Assembly: GCF_006345805.1 (NCBI RefSeq)
Contig: NC_043004.1
Span: 60,760,001-60,824,000, forward strand
Source: Octopus sinensis
Lineage: Eukaryota
DNA length: 64,000 nucleotides
Direction: 5' to 3'
The position numbers were made by a program, and so were the translations under genes. Every line of letters begins with the position of its first letter. The stretch's first letter is position 1. This document shows positions 54,050 through 64,000 of this stretch, piece by piece. Below the pieces are notes generated by a model, which worked only from the letters and a program-made list of their open reading frames with translations, searched no databases and was not told where the DNA came from.

Positions 54050-57000
54050 TTGCTATTACTCTCTCTCTCTTTCAGTCAAGAGTATTACTCTCACTACTTC
54101 TCCTTCGCTGAATAACTATATTCTCTCCTCTCCCTTTAGGGATACTACTCTTTTTCCTACTCCCTACTCCAACTCTGGGATTTTGAACAAATATATGTAT
54201 ATATATATATATATATATACCACTACACTCATTTTTATTTTAGATTAAGCAGCTATTAGGCTTTCGACGTTTAGTTTCCGGATCATTTTAAACCATTACG
54301 TCCTACAGTATCTTTAACTTGTCATCCTCAGTTACATCTCCTAAGTTTGGGCATACCACATCTTTGTACTATACAATCCATATTTGTCAAACACCTCTCA
54401 GTAATTCATTCTTGCGATATCATAGTTTTTTTTTCTGGTATTTATTTTTGACCAGTTTTGTGCACTCTTTTGTACTATGCAATTCAGTCTCACCTTTATT
54501 ACTGCACAACTAGCTCTTCTCCCTTTCAGCTATATTGTCAATCTTACATTGAGTTTAATTTATGCGAAGTGCTTCTTTCTGCACAACACACATAAGCCCT
54601 TCTGTTTCTGGCTTCAAGTCCGTCTTTCTTAGCCACCTTCTATCGTTGTATGTATTCCTACCCAACTTTCTCGTAGACTGCAGGTACATTTTTTCATTCC
54701 ATTTTCTTTCGTTTTCCTTATTCCTTTTTGTCGTTATATACTTCTATCGTCACGAGAATATTTATCCTGACTCTACCAGACATTTTCACATGAACCAGTA
54801 AGCGTTCTCTGCTACGTCTGATATACACCTCGCCAAACTATTTTCTTCTGAACATATACAGATTCCACAGTTGATTAGCCCTGACCCACCTTTCTATCTA
54901 ATTAGATACACCTATCAATATCGCTTTTGGGGTTGACTGTTCCATACATTGTGAGTACTTTATTCGGACCTACCCCTGTAACTCTTCTTCCCTTTAACTG
55001 GTATTACCTGTATCATACCTCAATAATGCAACCACCCATGTATTGATTACTTGAAACTTTTCTATACAGTTTTGAGTGTAGCACTTGTTAACCTCTTCGG
55101 AGACAGTCGTGGGTAAAGCTTTTCTTGGTTTCTTCTTCCATCAGTTCATTCCCTTCCAATCAGTCTAGGTATAGAAACCCAGTATCGTCAGTTATTTCCA
55201 TGATTTCATTTTACGACAATTGGGAACATCAATTCTATTAAATTTCTCTCTCGTCAACACCAATATTCCACATCTTTTTCGGTCCAATTCCATTTTTGTA
55301 TTCTTTTTTCATACAATGAAATATGTTCACTGAAGCACTGGTTTGATGACATCCCTAAGTAATAAGACGGTTGATCGTTTGTTATTTCGCGTTAAACTCA
55401 CATCCAGATATTACTTTTTTCAATAACAATATTAAAGGAATCTTGCATAAAATAAATAATGAAAAGGACACGCTATCACCTGAAAAAATCATTCTCTTGA
55501 TTCTTAACATTCTAAGGTTCTCTCTTCCAACTTACAATGCCTTTTTACTTAAACCATTTGGTATTCTTTGTACTCTCACACATGTTCAAACATTCGATGA
55601 TCCACAAACGTGTTATCGTATTATAGTCGTTGCAGTAATCTATCCAAGCCATGGTGAAACGTGTCTTCTCTTGCTCACAGTCTTTCATCGCCATTTTATA
55701 TACTAGTTCCCTGTAATTCCATTTATAACCCCTTTGCTCAACAGGGAGAATTCCGTTATCATCAAGAAACGCATACATTCCATTAGCCATTTATTCCATA
55801 GAACGGGTTCCACGTCAGTGGCAAGCATGATATGGATCAGTAATTATCCACAACATTCCCTTTTGAAGCACCCTTCAAACAGAGTTACTGTTTGTCCAAT
55901 ATTTATCCCCTCAGGAATTTCTTCATTTCCGTTCATCAGTGCATTAAGCTGTTCTACTGCTCTTTTATGGCATCCTGTCAGCTTCTTTATCCAATACGCC
56001 TGAACACCATCAGGTCCAACTGCTTTCCAATTGCTCATCTTCTATTTCCTTGTCACACATTCTTTTTTTCAATTCTTTTTCTTTTCCTGTTGGTAGATAG
56101 ATTTTTTTAGCCACTTATTCTCTTAACTCTACATCTTACTCCTAAATACACGATTTTCTTCTGCTTCTGATATGCTTCTTTTGTGTGCTAATTTTCCAGT
56201 TATTCCTTGATAAAAATTTCTTCTGATCAGTTTCAAATCATTTCTTTTATCTCCATTGCTTCACTATTTGATCATATATTTCCTGTTTTTGTCAAAATAC
56301 GCTCTTTTGTCCTTCATTTACAACCTTCAGTCCTTTTCTTTTGATACCATTTTTTTTTCATTATATCCTATTCATAGCCATTCCTTGGATCATCCTTTCT
56401 CTTTCCAATACCAACACATCACGATTAAGCTTATCTATGTCACCTAATATTCTTATTTTCTAACACGAGGAGTCTTTGCTTTCTTTTATTCTCTGACTTT
56501 CTGTCCCATGCCTTTCGCTTCAACTCGACTAGCTGCCTCGATAAGCCTACTGGAATCCGCTAGGTTACTTTTTCTTCTGTGGTTCACAACTGTAGAAATC
56601 TGCATAGATTCTTGATTTAGTTTCCACTGACTGGTCGGTCTTTTGAAAAATCATAATCACATTTTATATCCTGTGAATTTACTCGTTCCAACACCCCATT
56701 AATTAGTATATGACCATCCTCAATCAGCACACTGCCTCTATCTATATTCTGCTGATCAAAAAATACAGTAATGTCATCAGGAATTCCATTTGTTACCATT
56801 TCACGTCCGTTCATTGAATAGTATCAGCCAGTTCCACTTTTTTTTAAATTCATTCTCCTGTACTTCTTGTTCCACGCCCTATCACACTTAAAACTTCCAT
56901 AAAATTCTTGCTTAATCGCTTCAAGTTCAAGCTCAGATAACGAATTACTCTGCGAGGTTAAAAATCCTCTGCTCTTTGGTTAAATACTGTTTTCATTTTC

Positions 57001-57100
57001 TACTCAATGTTTTCTAGCTTTTCTATCCAAGTTCTGTAGCTCGATATTTGTCCTTTTCAAAAAGGCGACAGAGTATCTCTATACTGGTTTAACACATGTA
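54050..57100 (-). mobile_element. Heavily decayed, near full-length R4/Dong-clade LINE
   Basis: In order on the minus strand: LSELELEAIKQE; NWKAVGPDGVQAYWIKKLTG; ILPVEQRG...MAWIDY; ETELH...C..L....Y; KIL*DVMV*ND.ETKRRKPN. Many stops. Confidence 0.8.
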
Positions 57101-57156
57101 TTCATGGCTTTGATTTTGTTCCCACTATTTAAATTTGTTTAGAGCTCATTCCTATT

Positions 57157-57600
57157 ACCGTAAATCCTCGAGTATAATCCGCATACTATATACTATATAC
57201 TATATACTAGTGCGTACTATATACGAGGTTAAAAATGAAAAATATTTTCTAATCAATGTCCTAGTCTCTATTTGCTGTCCGGCAATGTTTATTCAGACGC
57301 ATTTTGGGATGACGGGCGCGAAAATACCTTAAGCTAAGCCTGAAAGCAATGAAGTCATAAAAGAATCATCCATAACTTGCAGTAAGCAACATTTATTAAA
57401 ATAAAAGTATTCAAAACACAGAATAACATGTAACAAAAACAATTTGCAAACATATTTGCATTCCCCTGTAACAATTAAGAACATCACCATTATTGTATTA
57501 CGCATGCCCGGAAGTGTTTCTTCAACTAGGTGCTGTTGGCTTAATTACGCACAACTCAAGTTAGAGAAGGGGTGCGTATTATACACAAGGTTTAGGATTT
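57157..57600. mobile_element. Tc2/pogo-like non-autonomous DNA transposon fragment
   Basis: Starts ta-ccgtaaatcctcgagtataatccgca; an inverted subterminal gtgcgtattatacacaagg lies at about 57572-57590; no clean right end. Confidence 0.55.
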
Positions 57601-57989
57601 TCCGAAGTAAAGCCCCACCCTCCTACAAGAACTATGAATAATATTAACGAAAAACTTAACTCAAAAATGGGAGGGGAACTATTTCTGTAATTCAAATTTG
57701 GAGAAAAAGAGATTGACACATTTGTATTGATATTCATCATCCTGTCCGATTTTCAAGAACTTGAAATTAAGCAACAACCATAAGGTTCACAACAAAATTT
57801 GGACAAACATCAGCAACATTATAAGACTTCTAACATAAGCACATTACTGTAAATTTGTTTTAGAAAATCGAATATTCGATTGAAATAAACTCAGTGCATG
57901 ATTGGTTACTTTTACGCGATGAAGTTGATTTTAAGCCGATTTGAAATCAGAACGCAATGAACAGAAACAATCACCCCAAGGTATTTTAT

Positions 57990-58620
57990 CCGATGCTCTA
58001 ACCATTCTATGAATTCACTGCCTTTGGAGGGGAGTAATTTAGCCCATTGAATTGATCCCAATAAGTGAGTGGTACTTCAGTAAACTCTAAAGAATGAAAA
58101 GTGATGTAGATGTTGGACTGTTGTAAATTCTGGAATAAAAGACTATTTGACCTACGCTCTAAACATTCTAAGTATTCTTCCGCCCTTAGAAGCATCAACA
58201 TGATTCTCTCTTATTGTTGGTACATGGCCAGCACTTTGATGCATCGACTCTAGTTCTTGGCTGGTACATATTTTATCAACCCCGAAAATATGAAAAGCAA
58301 AATCCACTTCGGTGACATTTGAACCCATAATGTAAAGAGCCTGAATAAACGCCGCTAAGCATTTTCCGGACGTCATAAGGATTCTGTCAGTACGCTGCCG
58401 TCAGCAGATATACAATAATAATACAATTTGCAAAAGACCTGAAATTTTGGTGAGTGGGGTTAATTGATTACATCGGTCATAATATTCAACTGCTACTTAT
58501 TTTGACGACCCCCCAAACGATAAGGGGCGAAGTCGAACCTGGCGGAATTTGATCTCAAAATGTAAGAACAGTATTTTGCCCGGTGTGCTAACGAATCTAC
58601 CTGCTTGCTGTCTTAATAAT

Positions 58621-58705
<85 letters not shown>

Positions 58706-59165
58706 GCAACAACAACAACAACAACAATAATAATAATAATAAAAATAATAATAATTTCAGATTTTGGCACAAAGCCAGCGATTTCGTGGGAGGAGATATG
58801 TCTACATCGGTCCCAGTGTTCAATTGGTGACCATTTTATAAGCGCTATTTAAATCCAGAGTAATACCTATTTCTATATTACCCACAAGGGGCTAAACACA
58901 GAGGGGACAAACAAGGACAGACATAGGTATTAAGTCGATTACATTGACCCCAGTGCGTAACTGGTACTTAATTTATCGACCCCGAAAGGATGAAAGGCAA
59001 AGTCGACCTCGGCGGAATTTGAACTCACAACGTAACGCAGACGAAATACCGCTAAGCATTTCGCCCTGCGTGCTAACGTTTCTGCCAGCTCGCCGCCTTG
59101 TAATACCTGAGTAATACCGCTAGGCATTTTGTTTGGCATAGTAAATATTCCACCAGCTCACCGCC
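57990..59165 (-). mobile_element. Same-strand cluster of five or more family D SINEs, including a young copy (58868-59098) nested in an older one
   Basis: Repeated D motifs; the 10-bp direct repeat gagtaatacc at 58858-58867 and 59109-59118 flanks the young copy. Confidence 0.85.
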
Positions 59166-59469
59166 TTCACCAGTATAAAAATAATACAAATAGTTCAAAC
59201 AGTTGAATAAAATCTATATCATGGTGGAAGAATGTGAGAAGTTTAACATTTGGAGTTTAACCAGGGGTTCACACCGAAAAGATAGATTGTTGCTCTACCT
59301 CACTATATAAAATTTATTCCACTATTTGAACATTTTATATATTTGTCAGCACACTACATCTCAGTGTCCTCAGGTTTGCTGTTTTACTCTGTCTATATGA
59401 ATATGCGCGTGTTTTTTTTTTGTTGTTGTTTTTTTTTGCAGATATACACAACTATTTCTAATACAAAGC

Positions 59470-59620
59470 GAAGAAAAAATTGATACAGCAATATTCTCAC
59501 ATATCTGGTCATTGAAGGAGAACGTTACTGATTATATAACTACAGATCAGTGAAAAATATTAGATAATTCTTCTCTTCTAAGCTCACTAACGTAATTCAA
59601 TTTCTGCGCTTTGCTGATTT
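59470..59620 (+). pseudogene. Penelope-like GIY-YIG endonuclease C-terminal relic
   Basis: TAIFSHIWSLKENVTDYITTDQ*KILDNSS...FNFC resembles the PLE motif T.LS.HIW.LK....Y.I.W.IL......C.LC. Confidence 0.55.
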
Positions 59621-60239
59621 GATGCTTGTTGATGCAGCAGCCCACCTTAACTCTCCAACAACAGAACATATTCTATAGTTTCGTTGATTATCAAAAGCAA
59701 CAATCTTCAAATGAAGAGAAGAAAAAGTTACTCACTGTGCGGGTCAGAAATATATATTTCTCTGTAGATAAATAATCTTAAAAGAGAGAGAAGAGTATTA
59801 AGAGAGAGCTAGCATCAAAGACTAGATATCTACACAAGAACAGACATAACGGAGTAGTTAAATAGTTCCATTCTAAACCATAGAGATCCGGGTTCAAATA
59901 CGCTGTGATGCACCTGGGGAGAGTGTCCTTTATATTAACCTCACACCAAGGGTGATTGATGTTGATTCTTAGTTGTTGATTGATGGTGATTCATTAGTAG
60001 GATTCTTCAGAAGGAAACTGCGCCGAATTCCAACGTAGGCCTGTGCGTGTGCGTGTATATATGTGTGCGTGCGTGTGCGTGGAAGAGAGAGTGTGTGTAA
60101 ATATATCTATGATGTATTAGGTATGTATGTATGTAGTATGTATGTATGTATGCATGCCGGGCTTTTGTGCAGTTGTATAGATGTACGCCTGTATAATAAT
60201 TCTGAATTGGTAAACAAGTTGATTTCTCATACCTAATAA

Positions 60240-60571
60240 AGTGGCATCTTGGGCAAGTGTCTTCTGCTATAGTCCCGGGCCGACCAATGCCTTGTGAGTG
60301 GATTTGGTTGACGGAAACTGAAAGAAGCATGTCGTATGTATATATATATATGTATGTGTGTGTGTGTTTGTGTGTCTGTTTTTGTCCCCCTAGCATTGGT
60401 GTGTTTACGTCCCCGTCACCTAGCGGTTCGGCAAAAGAGACCGATAGAATAAGTACTGGGCTTACGAAAAGAATAAGTCCCGGGGTCGATTTGCTCGACT
60501 AAAGGCGGTGCTCCAGCATGGCCGCGGTGAAATGACTGAAACAAGTAAAAGAATAAAAGAGAGTAAGAGTA
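60240..60571 (+). mobile_element. SINE family A (body and tail)
   Basis: Homologous to 2945-3286. Confidence 0.85.
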
Positions 60572-60574
60572 ATA

Positions 60575-60888
60575 AATTTAGGATATTTGTTAAATGAATG
60601 TCAAAACAGGAAATGAGGTGGGAGTTATCCGGTTCCTGTGAGTAAGGGGAGACAACTCTGTGGATTTTATGCTCTTCGATTGGGATTATCAATTTTTTGT
60701 CAGACAGGATATTAGAAAAAAGAAGTATGATCATCGTGGAGTTTGCATACGATGATCATACTTCTTTTTTGTAACATCCTATCTGACAAAAAATTGATAA
60801 TCCCAATCGAAGAGCATAAAATCCACAGACCTGGATAATTCCTACCCCATTTCCTGTTTTGACATTCATTTAACAAATATCCTAAATT
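60575..60888. repeat. Long fold-back (arms about 163 and 140 bp, 11-nt loop)
   Basis: 60575-60737 is the reverse complement of 60749-60888 apart from a 25-bp indel. Confidence 0.9.
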
Positions 60889-61032
60889 GAACACCACGTT
60901 TAATCACATGGATCTTAATCCTCCAAGGTAATTTTCCCAAGGACTATCATTGAACTCAAGATACATAAAGACTTTACAAGTATCAGTATACCTATTTTTT
61001 AATTTTTGTATATGTATATTATTATTGGTTGT

Positions 61033-61255
61033 TGGGTGTATGGGAATTAAAAATTTTTTTTTAAATATTAACTCTAACCGGTTTACATAGCAATGCAAAT
61101 TTTCAAGACTTGAAAGGTGAAAGGAAAATTTTTTTTTTAAATTGAGTTTAAAAAAAAATTCTCTTTTCATCTTTCAATTCTTGAAAATTTGCATTGCGAT
61201 AAAAACCGGTTAGAGTTAATATTAAAAATTTTTTTTTTAATTTTCCATACACCCA
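61033..61255. repeat. Fold-back (arms about 109 bp, 5-nt loop)
   Basis: tgggtgtatgg...tttaaa TTGAG tttaaa...ccatacaccca. Confidence 0.88.
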
Positions 61256-61357
61256 TTTTTATTAAAATTTACTTTCAATTTAGCATTCTGCCTTTTTATA
61301 ATTTTTCCTCGCCTATCGTTTCTCTACGTGCGGTCAACACAACCCCACCATTTATTG

Positions 61358-61402
<45 letters not shown>

Positions 61403-61552
61403 CATGTACATATAAGGTCCCGTCGCTAGGAGATAGTAGTGGTTAGCTCCCCTGCTCGCAATTTTATCAGATGCAGCTGTGGATCGTTAACCAGATATAG
61501 GAGATGTCCTCTTGGGGTCACAAAATCGCAGTAGAGACTGCTCGAAAGGACA

Positions 61553-61614
<62 letters not shown>

Positions 61615-61918
61615 TCCGTGTGGTAAATAGGTCATAGCTCTGCAATTCAGGAGAGTTTCAGATGGTATAGGGCTGCCTCATTTGTCCGGAGTAACTTCGT
61701 CGATGTCACGTGATATCAGTGCATATCCAAGCACTGGTGGTCCAGTGTGATTCATGTCTCGATATCAGCATTCATCCATGTCTTGAATCCCTTAGCTACA
61801 CAACCATCTTTTCCAATTTGGCCCATAACTGGATCACTTAACAGTCACGGGCCTATTAACAAAAGATTACCGTGTAGCTAAGGCATACAGGACTTCAAGA
61901 AGCACTGGACTCTACATA

Positions 61919-62296
61919 TCTTTATATATAAAAGTGAGGTTGTGTGCTGTCTGTCTCCTACGATTTAGATTCCTAACTACTCCCACATTTTGCGGTGCAG
62001 TTTAACCAAAACCGGGTATTTTATAGTCGTCATTCATATCGAGCCCTTCTGGGTATTAGCGCGCGTCTACGATGAGTCTACGATTTTAAAAAATTTACCA
62101 TTAATTTTCCCCATTTTTAATGCATTTTTGGCATATATAAGGGAAGTAACTCTCTAAAAATTTATTATTAAATCTCAGAACGTAAAAAGCTACAGTGGTT
62201 AGCCATATTGAGATGGCTATTATACTTTACATCTCTAAAAATGCTTATATAGTTATTTCCCTTACAAATCCGAGCAACGCCGGGCGATACTGCTAG
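61919..62296 (+). mobile_element. Non-autonomous Helitron, copy 3 (complete)
   Basis: A|TC...ccgagcaacgccgggcgatactgCTAG|T; carries about 80 bp absent from copy 1. Confidence 0.88.
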
Positions 62297-62773
62297 TGGG
62301 TCATATAAGACTATTAGTGTGTCGACATACCCTGATAGTATGTGAACTAAATTCTTCCCAGCCTAGTACTTGTGTCTCAGGAGTAACGTCAGTCTCTGGC
62401 ACGGTTAACAAGAGTTAATTGTATATAAACTGGCAGAACGTATCGGGAAACAGCAAAATATTCAGGAATTTTCTATACAGGGTCAGGTGTAGATTTGTAA
62501 TAAAATGTTTGATTCCAAACCACACGATCCCAGGTTCAGTCTCACTGCGTGGCCCTTTGCGCTTTAAAAAAGTAAGTCCTGGCTTCAATTCATTCAGTTT
62601 CAAATTTCTTCGAGGCCGTGCTCTTGCATGGCCACAGTTTAATGACTGAAACGAGTAAAAGTTAAAAAGGAAGAAAAAAACATCATTGATCTTGTGACAT
62701 AGACATAGCGTTCTTGTAAAATTGGCACAGAACATTAAAGCAAACACACACACACGTGCACACATGCATGCAT

Positions 62774-62981
62774 ACTCTTTTACTTGTTTCAGTTATTTGA
62801 CTGCGTCCACGCTGGAGCACCGCCTTTAGTCGAGCAAATCGACCCTATGACTTATTCTTTGTAAGCCTAGTACTTATTCTATCGGTGTCTTTTGCCTAAC
62901 CGCTAAGTTACTGGGACGTAAACACACCATCATCGGCCGTCAAGCGATGTTGGAGGGACAAACACAGACACACAAACCTAT

Positions 62982-63039
<58 letters not shown>

Positions 63040-63145
63040 ATCACGTGACCGACCAACCATCAGATGTTTTACACATCGCTGGTCACAATGCGTTCGCACT
63101 GTTTTAGCCTTCAAATGACGCCACCCCGCTGGCTAAGCGAGCAGG

Positions 63146-63200
<55 letters not shown>

Positions 63201-63371
63201 ACATATATACGACGGGCTTCTTTCAGATTCGTCTACCAAATCCACTCACAAGGCCTTAGTCGACCCGAGGCTATAGTAGAATCTACTTGCCTAAGGTGCC
63301 ACGCAGTGGGACTGAACCCGGAACCATGTGGTTCGTAAGCAAGCTTCTTACCACACAGCCACTCCTATGCC
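62774..63371 (-). mobile_element. SINE family A with a family B tail-2 fragment (63033-63150) inside its internal microsatellite
   Basis: The A tail, B2 tail fragment and A head are collinear and separated by (TA)n. Confidence 0.82.
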
Positions 63372-63653
63372 TATGTTCAGTTCCGTTTTTAAATTTTTTA
63401 AATTCTTCTTCTGATAAACGAACTGGCTTCTAAAAAAGGTACAGAGATTCATTGCTGGAATGTAGATAACAAAAACATTGCATATTATTTAACTTCCGCT
63501 TACTGATTGCATTCGTAATGCGCGGGTTAGTTGGTTGATTTCTTTTTTAAAAAAACCTTAGCCTTATCCAAATTGTCACTTAAGCACTTTACTCACAAAA
63601 CCAGGCGTACCAATTATTATTGGTATAAAAGTGCATTTATTATCTGAATATAG

Positions 63654-63750
63654 AAGCTGGAGGTTTCAAGGCATTTGTCCATGGTTATCATCTTTCTCTG
63701 TGATTCACAAAGAGATATTTACATCAGCAGGTCAGCTGACCTCTGTGACG
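63654..63750 (+). other. Candidate 97-nt exon (KLEVSRHLSMVIIFLCDSQRDIYISRSADLCD in phase 0)
   Basis: Perfect donor G|gtaagt at 63751; modest acceptor tctgaatatag; two frames open; non-repetitive context. Confidence 0.35.
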
Positions 63751-64000
63751 GTAAGTACTTTTTCTTATCTAACCCAAACAACAATATCCGGCCTGTTCTG
63801 TTTATACTTGATAGATGTATTCACGGAAAGGTTCCACCAGTATTCCTGGTGCTGATGTTTGTGTATGTATTCAATAATAGGAATATTCACTATTTATTCA
63901 AGGACAGACTTTTTTCCTAATGGCATTATATATTGTTTTTGCAACAAAAAATGTACGTGTCTATGTATGTATGTATGCATGCACGTATATATGCGTATGT

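Overview
AT-rich, microsatellite-saturated eukaryotic DNA. The SINE families present look like those of octopus (coleoid cephalopod) genomes; this is recognition from memory, not a database match. No protein-coding gene can be called with confidence. Almost all ORFs in the supplied track are (TA)n/(TATG)n/(CA)n artefacts or pieces of decayed transposons. The window holds several tRNA-derived SINE families (CORE-like, Meta-domain-like and a modular family), two CR1-type LINEs, fragments of RTE, Tx1/L1 and R4/Dong LINEs, two DD37D/mariner relics, three copies of a non-autonomous Helitron, several local duplications and a 100-N gap. The main unexpected signal is a set of hammerhead ribozyme (HHR) motifs in five sequence-unrelated repeats. 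Intact-looking copies lie at 4429-4490, 24772-24817, 44950-45012 and 45200-45262; variant or decayed copies lie at 10406-10443, 17138-17187 and 17488-17535. Three of these repeats are long fold-backs with the ribozyme strand pointing outward, as expected for Penelope-like elements. One joins a tRNA-like Pol III head to a hammerhead, i.e. a candidate SINE/retrozyme hybrid. Other notable items: a SINE and a LINE share a 3' hairpin tail, a SINE family appears to insert into its own head, and two weak candidate + strand exons exist (about 32.3 kb and 63.7 kb). Coordinates of decayed repeats are approximate.
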